Part shown: positions 1 through 13,100 of the stretch, piece by piece
How the letters are laid out: each line of letters starts with the position of its first letter
How positions within the stretch are numbered: position 1 is the stretch's first letter
Assembly: GCF_036588685.1 (NCBI RefSeq)
Contig: NC_086375.1
Span: 55,676,001-55,740,000, forward strand
DNA from: Mytilus trossulus
Lineage: Eukaryota
DNA: 64,000 nucleotides
Direction: 5' to 3'
Program-made: the position numbers and the translations under genes
Notes under the pieces: generated by a model
Seen by the model: the letters and a program-made list of their open reading frames with translations, nothing else
Database searches by the model: none
Told to the model about the DNA's origin: nothing

Positions 1-39
1 GCAACCAATAATCGGCCATCTCTCATACCCAATTGGTTT

Positions 40-745
40 CTAAAGTCAAAATATAGGACACTTCATAAACATCTAAACTTTGCCTGTATTTTTCAACCTA
101 TAAGGAATAAAGTCATAAACTATGAGAACATATGTTCATTTAAACATACTTTACATATACACATTGTGTAAATTGTAAATAAACTTGAAATTGTTATGTT
201 GTGGCCAAACCGGTTCTTGGGGTGAACACTATATTTTCAAAAAAATCTGCAGGCCTGCAAGACGACTTAATTTGCTTAAAATTGGTATGGACGATTACTG
301 TTACATGCAATGCAGGGCAAGCGCATGCTGATTTGTCGCATACATATGTTTTAATGGCATATTTGTCCAATTTCTGTATTGTACCTTCGATATTCGTTCA
401 CTTAGATACATGAAATTAACTGAAAATCGATACATTTTATAAAATATCAACAGGTGCTTGCCATGCATTACATGTAATAGTATTCGTCCATACCAATTTT
501 AAGCAAATTAAGTCGTCTTGCAGGCCTCCAGATTTTTTTGAAAATTTATTGTTTACCCCAAGAACCGGTTTGGCCACAACATAACAATTTCAAGTTTATT
601 TACAATTTACACAATGTGTATATGTAAAGTATGTTTAAATGAACATATGTTCTCATAGTTTATGACTTTATTCCTTATAGGTTGAAAAATACAGGCAAAG
701 TTTAGATGTTTATGAAGTGTCCTATATTTTGACTTTAGTGGAACC
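40..745. mobile_element. Foldback/MITE-like DNA element with ~290-bp inverted arms
   Basis: 40-~330 is the reverse complement of ~452-738 and is near-perfect over the outer ~180 bp. The right end GGAACC is followed by TTAA (746-749). The left terminus is eroded. Confidence 0.8.
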
Positions 746-2275
746 TTAATTGTTGGGATTATCCACCATCTAACGAAGACAACTGTTCGGTTTTAAAAAA
801 ATGTCAATTTGCGATATTACCTTCACATTTAAATTTAAATATATTGATCTAAATATATCACCGAAATATATACAAGTACACGTGTATGTTGTTTATTGAA
901 TACTTCCTATTTAAATTTAAAAGTTTAGGTCATAGGTATAGCAGTTAAAATATGTATCGATATTTTATCACGGGACGTTTGGCGAATTGCCTATATATAT
1001 TTCGTCACACAAATACAGTATAGCTAACATGGAACCTTCAATTGCACGACATGTATTGTCCGTTTAACCTCCGTATAATTACAGACACAAATTGTTCTAT
1101 ATTTAAAAAAAGCCTTACAGCCTTCAAAAATATCATTTTTAATCCTTGGCTTTGGAAATAATTGACATAAGCAAAGTAAAGTCCCGGCCATCATGTCGGG
1201 TAACATTACATGATTTAAAGTTAAAACAACAATGTAGAATTTACAATGTTAATCCAGGCGTTCGGACCCACCAACGAGGCACCGTAAGCAGTGGGACTTG
1301 TGTAAATATTTTATGTATAAACCATATATGTAGCTCCCCTTGAATCCGACTCTTGAAATTGGTGCAAAACTTTGCTGTAACTTACGCTTAAAAAAATAGC
1401 GTTAAATAATAAAACCTTGCATTTTAACTAAAAAATAAAAGATGGTAAAAATCTTAGTATAAAGATTAAGTATTTAATGTTCAATTTCTTCGCAAATATT
1501 TGATGAAACTTGTCCAAAACAAATGTGTTCAATGATAAAGCCTTGCATTTTACGTGGTGGCATGCTAAATCAAAGACACAAAATGTGTTTGCTTTTTGTA
1601 GATTCATACACATGCCATTTGGGAATAAAAGCAAAGACATTTGAATGTATACATTCGTTAAACAAGTATTTACCTTTTTGGAATTATAATCAGTTCATGG
1701 TTTATTTATAGATTTTTTCTTCAAATGCTTAGAAAATGATTGTGAAATTAGGTTGTTCCGATCAAACTTTATCAAATGCTCCCTTTTCAGTTCTGATTAA
1801 GTTTCGTGTTTTCTACCAGAACCATGTGAAATTTAAAAATGTTCAACATCAACTGCATTAGACGTTTTCATTCATTTAGTAAATATTTCAAACGAAGTAA
1901 AATCCGCAGTAATATTATATTTGAAATGAAAACTTGACAAAACAATTTTGTCATGAACATAATTATATTTCTTGTTGATTCATATTTGTCGATTTCTCTA
2001 TTATATAGGTTATATTCATGAGCAAGTCAGATGGACAAAAGTCTACGATATTTCTTCCGATTCCATCTCAAAAGGGAAACATATTGATAGAGAGTGGCGA
2101 AAAATACCAAATGGTCTTTCAAAGTTATATATTTGTAAAGTTGAGCTAATCTGATTATCAGCCACCTGTGCGCAATCGATTACCTGTAAACAGTACCGAC
2201 CTGTAAATGTAGTATTTCGAAATATTAACAGTTCTAAAGCATTGAATAATCAATTTCCTTGTTTATTCGTGAAAG

Positions 2276-5200
2276 ATGACAGAGAAAGGTGCACCACCAC
2301 CTGGGTATAACCCACCTCCACCCGGTAAGTAAAATTTAATTGGTTTTTTACGACTACCGTTAAATCTACAATTGAATTTAACCTCTGGTCAGTATTAATT
2401 GGGCTTAACTAAGGTGGTCATTTAAATTTTTCACTCACGAGTGAATAATTGGGACTCAATATTTATTTAATATGAAATCAACGGACATAAACATAAAGGC
2501 TCTATTAATCAAAATAAAGCTGACTGCTTGAAGTATAAACTGACGACAATTAGTAACAAATATTTCAATCAATTTGAAAACTTAAATCAATCAACACTAA
2601 AAAAACAATTCTTTTCGTTTCATAAAAAAGCCGACCATCTCAGTCTTAATAATATTGTTACAATTATTGACCAGAGTTCCGCACCCATTCCTAGGTAGTA
2701 GATTTTAGTCAAAAATTGCTGTGTACCTACATGTTGAAAAAGTAAATAGAAATTCAATGCCTATAAATATACACATGTCATATAGAAGGGTATTATCTTC
2801 CTTGTCTGATCAATATATTAAAGGTATTACCATGGAGACAACAAAACACTTTATTTCGTTAGATATAGGTATATATAGAGAGAGACATAATAAATAATTG
2901 TATTTGAAATAGGTCAGTATACAGGTAAGGATTATGTGTACACCTGACATATGCTGATATTGGATTTTTAATGTTTAATAAACACATGAACTGTTAAATA
3001 TTAAAATCCAGAAAAATGTTTCATACCAACAAACCTACTGTGTCTAATTTACAATGGTTATATACTTTATTATTGGTGTATTTGACGAGCAGGTATCTAT
3101 CTTTTGTACAGGTTAATCCTTATATTATGTTATAAAGATCTCAGAGTGTAGCTTTTTTGTCGTTTTTTACAGTAACCCCCCCCCCCCCCCCCCAAAAAAA
3201 AAAAAAAAATAATACCGAAATTCTAGGAAAATTCAAAACGAATACTAGTATTGCATAATCAAATGGCAAAATCAAAATAAATGAAAAACAACTGTCATGT
3301 TCCTGTTATGGTACAGGCATTTTCTTATTTAGGAAATAGTAGACGAAAACTTGACTTATAGCTAATTAAACCTCTTACTTGTATGGCAGTCGCAGTAAAT
3401 GCCATTATATTGACAAAAATATGTAAACAAAACAAACAGACATAATAAGTACACATGTTAAAAATAGGGATACAGCAGTCACAATGTGTTATTATCTTAA
3501 TCCCTTTAAAACATACAAATATATGTACAGAGAAATACAAAAAGGTATATAGAAAAAAGCAGATTTGCCAAACAATGTCCATCTTCATATATCAGATGAA
3601 AGAAAGGTTATTCGAAGAAATATCGGCAGAAATTTGCGGATTTGGCAAAGGAAACTTACCGTCATATCACATGCCGAAATCAATTCATTCATTGTTTACG
3701 TACTACATGTAATAGTATGTCTGGTCAAAACTTAAAAAAACAATGATATTACAATGCCAGATGTTTGTCATCAGTTAATTGATATGATTTCTAATATGTA
3801 AAAGTCCGAGCAAAAGCTAAAGCAAGAACTAAGATAATTCAAATTGGTAATCAATCAATGAGCAAACATTCAGTTTATGTAACCTTAGAATTGATTAACA
3901 TAATGTCTTCTTTTAAAGAAAATTTGTGTTTGTCAGTTGCAATCTCATTTCAAAGTAAGCAAAGGGATAGGTTTAAGTAATTTGGTGGTGGAAACGGGGA
4001 ATGACGATTTTGTGAGATTTTAAGTCAAAGTGTTTCTTTGTCATTATTTTCTAAACAGTATATATTTTGTTTTAAAAGCACCATAATGTGAACCAAAATA
4101 ATATCGTAGTTGAAAATATATGACCCTATACCAAACAATCATTTAGTTCCTTTGTACTTCGAACAGAACGTTTCTTGTTCATCAAAAACAGCCTTCAAGC
4201 AATTTCTTTATGGAAAATTATTCTTTTTTACTATTTAATTCATCCGAATATTTTTGTAGTTTTTACTGATAAAAAATGATTTATGATTTGGTTTTTGAGA
4301 CTTACAAGTGTAATATAGTGAACTATTTTTCATTTTGCATTATTCTTTAGTATAATATATATTTGACCAAGGCAATGTCAGTTTACTTTCGACTTATGAG
4401 TTTGAATGTCCCTCTGATGTCTTCCGCCTCTATTTAACAATAGGTTCTTTAATATATTGACTTGCAACCGTTACCCCAATGAAGTTAAACATTTCGTAGC
4501 ATGTATTGTGTTATTGTGTTTAAATATCTTGAAGTTTAAACTGCAAAATCTGAAAAAAAACCATCTTCTGATGTCACGATCTGTTTTTGTTTTACAGCAT
4601 ACCCTGGTCAATATAACCAGCAACCAGGCGGTTACCCTGCGCAACCTCAGCCTCAGTATGGATATGGCGGACAACAATCCAGTGCTACTGTTGTTGTTAC
4701 AGGCCAGCCAACAGTATTGATACAACAGTTCAGAGAAGCACCTGTTCGTACCCAGTGTCCAAGCTGCAGAGCAGACATCCTAACTGCAACTCACTATGAA
4801 ACAGGAACCATGACTTGGGTTGTTGCTGGAGTTTTGTGTTTTGTCGGGTAAATGATGTTTTCTTTTAGATTGTATATAACTTTATAACAGAGAATTTAGG
4901 TTGAAATACTATATTTACTACGAGAATTTTCTGATATTTAATTGATTTAACAAATTTATTGAATAATTTAAACTGAAAATGTGTATGTATCTGGTGCTTC
5001 AAAAACAAAATTCACAGTTTGTGATTCTAAATAAAGACAACAGTAGCATACCGCTGTTCGAAAGTCATAAATCGATACAGAGAAAAGGAACCCGGGTTAC
5101 AAACTAAACCGAGTGAAGTCCGATTTGACTGGTTTTATTGACTTCATCCTTTTTTAAATTATATTAAGTTCGTTCATTTTGTTGATATTGTTTTATCCGA

Positions 5201-5424
5201 CAGGTTTGTGCAATATCTATACTTATTTCAAATTCGACAAATGACATTATCGAATCAATTATTATGCATGTTTTCTTTGTTAAGCATCATATTACTTGTG
5301 TTTCTCTCTTTTCAGGTTATGGCTAGGTTGCTGTATGATACCTTTCTGTATTGATGGTTGCAAGGATGTCGTTCACACCTGTCCATCCTGTCGCCACAGC
5401 ATTGGACGCTTCAACCGGATGTAG
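2276..5424 (+). CDS. LITAF: LITAF/SIMPLE-domain protein, paralogue 1 (135 aa, 3 exons)
   Basis: Exons 2276-2324, 4598-4847, 5316-5424 (GT-AG, phases 1 and 2, 408 nt). Translation MTEKGAPPPGYNPPPPAYPGQ...FREAPVRTQCPSCRADILTATHYETGTMTWVVAGVLCFVGLWLGCCMIPFCIDGCKDVVHTCPSCRHSIGRFNRM* shows CxxC, a hydrophobic segment and HxCxxC. AATAAA at 5951. Confidence 0.95.
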
Positions 5425-6879
5425 TTATGATCCAATCAGAGCCATTGCGCCTGAAACTTTTCTACAAACATGACATATACTGTTTCAAAAAGCCAAGTGA
5501 TCAAAATCGAAAGACATCTTTTCTCTCTTTTTATAATTTTCAGAGTGTAATGTGTGTTATGTCTTGTTAAACCAAAGATATTCAATTAATAGCGGTGCCG
5601 GATTTCTGGCTATCTAATTCATATTGTAAAATGACTTATGACACACCTTAAATGAGGTGTAGATGACGGCAGATACTACTACTGCATTACATATTACAAT
5701 TATGATAACAAATAACATGTAGTGCCGATAAAATATTCTGTGATTACACAATAATATTATTGTTATTTCGTATTTTTGTTATTTGTGTTTAGATAAATTG
5801 AGATGATTGTGAGTCTCCTATTTACCTTATCATTTATTATCTGTACAGCAATATTATAATCAAAAATACTATTTCTCTTTACAGAAAATTATTTAGTAAG
5901 CATTAATTTATATTTTTAATTCAGATTATTTTGTATCGTGTTGATGTAGTAATAAATTGTGCCATATTCAATTCAGATGTATTGCTTCAAGTCTGCTATC
6001 CTCTGGCATATAAGCTCAGTTGATTGATTGAACTTTTCGCTTAGTATACGTGTATAAGTTTGTGATTAAGTCAATATAAGGGGAAGTTGTGTTGGTAGGT
6101 CAATTATATTTGGTATGCAGTTGTTTAAGCATAGGCACATCTCATTTCCATGGATATTTGGAACTGTCCCCCTCAGTCATGGTCTATTGACTGAACATTT
6201 TGCTTTGTTTTCGTGAATATTTAAAAAGAAGGTCATGGACAAAACACATCAAAGATACATGGCTTATGATTTGATTCAAAAGATGCGCACTTTTAAAATC
6301 ATTCGGATAGCAAAATCAGATACAAAGATAAAAGCATAAGTTAACAAAAACTCAAAAAAGTTAACAATACTCTAAATACCGACGCGGCAGTTTATGCATT
6401 TATCTATTGTGTTTCGAATAATTGAACAGTACTTATATGTAAAACGTAAATAAAAAAAAATGATTTTACAAATGAAAGGGTATATTTGCAGATCTGATGT
6501 CACCATATTCAGTTCAAATATTGCTAATCTATTCTAAATTCCGGATGGGTGTGGATTATATTGCACGTGGTTTTGCTTATCATCATTTTTTGTAACTGAA
6601 ATGCTTATGTTTTTGCTATGAATATTAAGAGGGCAATTTAAAAATGTATATCTCGTGAGAAGAAAAAAATGAAAGTCACACTATTGAATGTCATATGTTG
6701 GAATGGCCTTATTTATTTACCTTCCGGAGGAACTCATAAAACTGGATATATATAAAAACAGAAACATTTGTAGAGCTATATGATAAAATAGGACCTGAAA
6801 AACTGTCAAATCCATGCAAAATCAGATTTGCTTTAGGGAATATTTACTCATTCAATATTCCTCCATATATATTTTAGAT

Positions 6880-7860
6880 TTCTGGTCCTCAATGCTCTTC
6901 AACTTTGTACTTGCTTGGCTTTCTAACTTTTTTTCTGAGTGTCATTCATGAGTCTTATGTATTCGGGTTTAGTTTTCTGTAATTAGTTAATACTTCAATT
7001 TCATTATGTATATCTCTTTTATATTCATTTGATAAAATTTACTGTTTGAAATAGCATTAATTGTTCTAAATAATAAGGATGTTCTTATCCCAAGCGAAAA
7101 AACATAGCCGTATTTGACACAACCTTTTTTAACTTTTGATCTTCAGTGCTGTACAACTTTGTACTTTTTTTCACTTTCGATCTTTTTTATCTGGACGTCA
7201 CTGGTGAGTCTTGTGTGGACGAGGTGCGTTTTTGACGTATCGAATTTTAAACCGTATACTTTTTGTTATCTATTAATCATGTGTTTCTTTGTGTAATATG
7301 TTCTCCTATTTATTTGGATTGTAGTCCTGTAATATTATGTTGTCATTTCAATGTTATATTTAACATGGCCATTAAAGTATGAGGTTTGGCATGCCACAAA
7401 ACCAGGTTCAACCCACCATCTTTCCCATTTAAAAATTCCTGTACCAAGTCAGGAAGATAGCCATTGTTATATTATTGTTCGTTTCTGTGTGTGTTACATT
7501 TTGACGTTGCGTCGTTTGTTTTCTCTTATTTTCGAATGTAAATTCACATTGCGATAAGACGTGTCACGGTATTTGTCTATCACAAATTCATGCATTTGGT
7601 TTTGAAGTTATATTTGTTATTCTCGTGGGATTTTGTCTGATGCTTGGTCCGTTTCTGTGTGTGTTACATTTCAGTGTTGTGTCGTTGTTCTCCTCTTATA
7701 TTTAATGCGTTTCCCTCGGTTTAAGTTTGTTACCCCGATTTTGTTTTTTGTCCATGGATTTATGAGTTTTGAACAGCGGTATACTACTGTTGCCTTTATT
7801 TATGTAGTCGAAACACGCGTCTTGCATATCCAAATATAAGCCTGGTACCTTTGATAAGTA
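6880..7860 (+). mobile_element. Retrozyme copy interrupted by a composite insertion that carries a second degenerate hammerhead
   Basis: The outer hammerhead is split between ~6940-6961 and 7800-7826, with TTATGTA duplicated (6955-6961, 7800-7806). An inner degenerate core CTGGTGAGTC...GACGAGG lies at ~7195-7238. Confidence 0.65.
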
Positions 7861-8247
7861 TTTACTGAAGAAAAAAAATACAGTTAAGCACAATTCATTG
7901 TAAAATACCTCGGACACGTCAATCACTTGTTTAGTTTTAACTTGATTATATCTCACTTTTGAGGGGTCCCGACGGGTCTAAAATACGACCAGAACCTGTG
8001 AGTTGGCAGTTTTGAATTAAAAATGTTATAATTCATTAAAAATGATTCGGTGGAGTTGTCCTGTTTATCTCATAGCTAACACCTGAGATAAAAAAAAAAA
8101 AAGGGATAAGAGAAAAGTAAATACGGAAACTACTGTTTACGTCATAGTTCAACGCGGGGTCCTCATCACCATCCTCGTATAAATCATGTCGATTTCATTC
8201 AAAAATACATTCAATGGTTTAAAAAACAATAAGTTTAAACAATAGAT

Positions 8248-8553
8248 ATGGCAACCAAATGTGCACCACTCCTGACCGACCTTTTCTTATTTTCTTACGA
8301 ATCAGAGTTTTTTCGAAAACTTTTGAATAACAAGAAGATCAAAGAAGCTAGATCATTTAATTTCACATACATGTACATTGTCTTTCCATTTAAATTCCAA
8401 ACTTTTTATAAATTGGTACCATTAATGTACCTTCCTTCACTGGAGATAAAAGAAACCATAGATACAGCTTCCTCCACCTCATTTCTAGAAATTTATCACA
8501 AAGTGTACATCGTAGTACCAGAAATTATTATTATCGAAACATTTCGATTTTAA
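8248..8553 (+). pseudogene. Degenerate Penelope-like element reverse transcriptase fragment
   Basis: ATKCAPLLTDLFLFSYESEF...ARSFNFTY...YLPSLEIKETIDTASSTSFLE resembles the PLE RT segment (MGTNCAPLLADLFLYSYE...FNFTFRYIDD...ELEIKDTT..SASFLD). The YIDD motif is lost. Confidence 0.75.
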
Positions 8554-9988
8554 AATTTTATCCTCACCTTCATGAATCAAGAATATACTTACATCTTCGG
8601 TGTTTGAGCAAAATGGCTGTATCAAACCAATAATCACTTCTTTACTATAGAATGTTTAAATTTGTTTAGTTGTTATGGGTTTCACCTGTTCGAATTTATC
8701 AAGGAGTTCGGTATTTTTGTTCTACTTTTTCGCTTTTTTCGTATAGTGTATGAAACTGTCATGTTTGTGCTTCTTTGTTATATATATAATTTTGTGATAA
8801 AGATTATGACATATGTTGACTGCTGTATCCCTATTTTGATATTTTAACCCTATTATGTCTGTTTTTGCTTTGTTCACATATCGTTGTCAATATAAAGAAA
8901 TTTTATGCAACTGGCATACAAATGGTAGGTTAAGCAAGCTATAAAACATGGTTTAATCAACCATTTTCTACATAAGAAAATACCTCTCCCAAGTCAGGAA
9001 TAGGACAGCTGGTATCTATTCGTTTGATGTGTTTGATCTTTTGATTTTGCCATTTGATTATGACTTTTCGTTTTGAATTTCTCTTGGAGTTCAGTAATTT
9101 TGTGATCAGACTTATTATGTATCATCACTTTTCTCTTATACAATAACCATAGTAAATATGATGTTATATTTTGCTACACTGTACAATTTGTGTACATAAC
9201 GACGAACAGAGTTTGTTCTTCTTATCGAAATTACTTCACAAACAGCTAAAGCGCACCCTAAGAATGACTTGAAAATTGACGCTTTACCTCCTCATGCAGT
9301 GCTTTATACTGGCGCCTATTTGGTGGTGTTGGATGTAGAAATACACAGCCAGGCTTTCTGACCGTTAATACCCATTGCAGAGACTCATGTCGACCATTTT
9401 CTTAATCGGTCATTTATTTGGTAATTTTCAATGGTTTGTGTTGGTTACTGCTGCCTTGTTATATGTTAAATCTAGCGTTCAAAACAAAATCTAAGAAAAC
9501 ATGTTACTCAGTCGTTAATTTCGTATAACCTTATTGTAAAAGAAGACTTATTCAAATCGGGTTTCAAGAAAAGGTTCTTTAAGCAACATCATTCAGATTT
9601 TTAACGTTACTAAAAACTACTGGGCTGACAGTTAAACCAATGCACGCAATCGTCAAATTGGCCATAAAGGATGTACAAATACTCGTGTTCGACAAATTGG
9701 AATGGCGTCTTCTAACTTAATTCCTCGCAATATGTGACCCGTCATGTCAATATTCCAAGACGCTCTCTCGGAACGTTAGCAACGTTTTTCAAGTGATAGT
9801 CCACATTTATCGCTATTCATCCCATTAAAAAGTGGGATGCACATTTTAGATTTACAATTCATTTGTTTTGTCTCAACAAATCACAATCATTAACCTTTTA
9901 GGTTTAAAAAAACATTTAGTTGTGTCTTTAAACGCTTTTAAAATGTAAGGTTGATCTATTTAAGATAGGAAACTGATTATATCACAAC

Positions 9989-9996
9989 TATAAATA
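9989..9996 (+). promoter_or_regulatory. Candidate TATA box of LITAF paralogue 2
   Basis: TATAAATA ~110 bp upstream of ATG 10108. The background is AT-rich, so this is weak. Confidence 0.35.
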
Positions 9997-10107
9997 GACA
10001 ATCAACAAGTCACATGAATGGTATCTGATACGTATGATCATATATCATTATTTGTCAATAAAGACAATTTGGTTGTACAGAGGTTTAAAACAAATTTGCG
10101 AGAAATA

Positions 10108-13100
10108 ATGTCGAAGGAACAAACTCCACTCTCACAGAATGGACCGTCCCCTGCGATGTACAATGAACCACCTCCAGGTAAAAATAGCATTTGTTCTTCA
10201 TTAAATGAAAAACTTTAAAAACGTACGTCTAATGAGTATTTCCAGGTCAAAATTTACAGGAAACGCTGTTCATTTCAGTACCAGAATCTATGACAAACGA
10301 GACGATTTTTTTTTAAACCTGTTTATGTATATAGATGTTAGCAATGCTCTGCTATGCTCTGCTATGCAAATTATTATAATGACTAGCATAATGATTTCCT
10401 TTTTGATAAAGTCCGAATGTAAAAATTACAGAATGGAATCAAAAGTACCAGGATTATAATTTTGTACGTCAGACGCGCGTTTCGTCTACATAAGACTCAT
10501 CAGTGACACTCATATAATAAATATTAATAATGCCAAACTAGTCCACTTGTATGTTTGTCCATCTGATGAGTTAAGCCTTTTTCAACTGATTTTTATAGTT
10601 CGTTCTTATGTTATACTGTTATACCACTGTCCCAGGTTAGGGGGAGGGTTGGGATCCCGCTCACATGTTTATTCCCGACACATTATTTATATATGTGCCT
10701 GTCCAAAGTCAGGAGCCTGTAATTCAGTGATTGTCGTTTGTTTATGTGTTACATATTTGTTTTTCGTTCATTTTTTTATATAAATAAGGCCGTTAGTTTT
10801 CTCGTTTGAATTATTTTACATTGTCTTATCAGGGCCTATTATAGCTAACTATGCGATATGGGCCTTGCTCATTGTTGAAGGCAGTACGGTGACCTATAGT
10901 TGTTAATGTCTGTGTCATGTTGGTCTCTTGTGGACAGTTGTCTCATTGGCAATCATACCACATCTTCTTTTATAGTACAAAGTTAAAGAGCATTGAGGAT
11001 CCAAATTCAAAACAGTTGTGACAAATGCGGCTAAGGTAATCTATACCTCTAGGATAAGAAATCCTTAGTTTTTCAAAAAATTAAAAGTTTTGGAAACATG
11101 AATTTTTTTATCAATGACCACATTATTGATATTCATGTCAACATCGAAGTGTTGACTACTGGGCTGGTGATACCCTCGGGGACCATATTTTTGTATTTAT
11201 TTATTAGTAAAATAAGAAAATGTAATTTCTCTTCAATCTTAAAAAATACATTTACTATATATATTATTTAGAATAGAAAATTGAAATATATTTAGTTTTG
11301 AAAAGAATTATGTATTAACCTTTTTTGACAGCTTATCCCGGAAATTATAACCAACCTGGTGGGTATCCTCCACAGCCAAAATCTACTGGATATGGATCAC
11401 AACAATCTAACCCGACCGTGGTCGTCACTGGGCAGCCGACAGTTCTTATACAACAATTCAGAGAGGCACCTGTTCGTACCCATTGTCAAAGCTGTGGGGC
11501 AGATATCCTGACGTCAACTCACTACGAAACGGGAACAATGACATGGGTTGTTGCTGGTGTGATGTGTATCATAGGGTATGTTATGTCTAGAACAATAGTA
11601 TACGATTATTTAAAATATGGCACTATGCAATAGATCAAAATATATTTCCCTAGGTATGAAAATCAGCTCATTGTTCTATTGCACGAAGCCAACGGCTGAA
11701 GGCAATAGAACAATGAACTGATTTTCTTACCGAGGGAAATACATTTTGATCTACTGCACTGTTACACATTCAATAACTGTTTTAATACATACTGATCATG
11801 AGTCAGTTCTAATTAGTTATCAAAGGTTCCAAATTATTATTTAGTACGTCAGACGCGAGTTTCGTCTACATAAGACTCATCAGTGACGCTCACTCATATC
11901 AGAATAGTTTTAAAACCAAACAAATACAAAATTGAAGAGCATTGATGATCCAAAATTCCAAAGTTGTGCCAAATACGGCTAATGTAATCTATGCCTGCGA
12001 TAAAAAAAATCCTTAGTTTTCGAAAAATTCAAAATGTAAACAGGAAATTTATAAAAATTACCACATAATTGATATTCAAGTCAACACCGCAGTGCTGACT
12101 ACTGGGATGGTGATACCCTCGGGGACGAAACTCCCACCAGTAGAGGCATCCATTGGTGTAATTAATCCACCAGCAGATCCATCGACCCAGTGGTGTAAAT
12201 AGTCTAACAAATTCTTAGAAATAAAACACATGAAAGTAACGACTGTATTAATTATAATGTGTAAGGAGCATATATTTACAACTAATACTTTAGAAATTCA
12301 ATAAAACGGACATACAATCACGTTTAAAAGACACAAATTAATTGGACAACATGAATACCTTTCAACTAATCAGATTTCAGAATAAGAGGCCATAACAGGT
12401 CAGTGCATAAGACTGCACACAGGTGAAATAGAACGATAATTCTGTAATAACTGTATACAAATTTTTGATTTTTTTGAAATACTAAGGCTTTTCTACCTCA
12501 GGCATAGATAACCTTAGCTGTATTTGGCAAAACTTTTAGGAATTTTGGTTCTCAATGCTCTTCAACTTCGTACTTTATTTGGCCTTTTTAACTTTTTGGG
12601 ATTCGAGCGTCACTGATGAGTCTTTTGTAGACGAAACGCGCGTCTGGCGTATATACTAAATTCAGTCCTGGTATCTATGATGAGTTTATTTCAAGTGCAA
12701 TAGATCATTGAACAAAAAATGGCAGAAAAGTAGCAAAAATATAGAAATAATAATAAAACAGTAAAATTCTCTTTATTAGGTAATAAAAGTATCTATTGAC
12801 ATTTATTCAAAGTCAAGTGTAATCATTATGGTAAAAAAGTGTTTCTTGCAATATTGATGCATATGACTCCTGTTGTGTCCATCAAAGGTCTGTCTTATAG
12901 TTTTAAAATTATATCAGCAGCTCACTTCATATTGATGTCTTTTAAAAAAAACCATTATAGATCAGATAAGAGATTGTCTTGGATAGGACTCTCTTAAACA
13001 CCAAACATAATATGTTCTTTGGATAAGATATTATTTTTAATAAGTACAACCCACAATATACCAACATAGTCGTGAGACTTTATCAACCAATAGAACGAAT

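Noticed and set aside
3176-3209. Poly-C/poly-A run (also poly-G at ~14054-14074)
   Set aside because: Simple homopolymers with no supporting functional context.
10556-10600. CTGATGAG in the SINE-like repeat as another hammerhead
   Set aside because: No helix II followed by GAAA and no cleavage-site helix.
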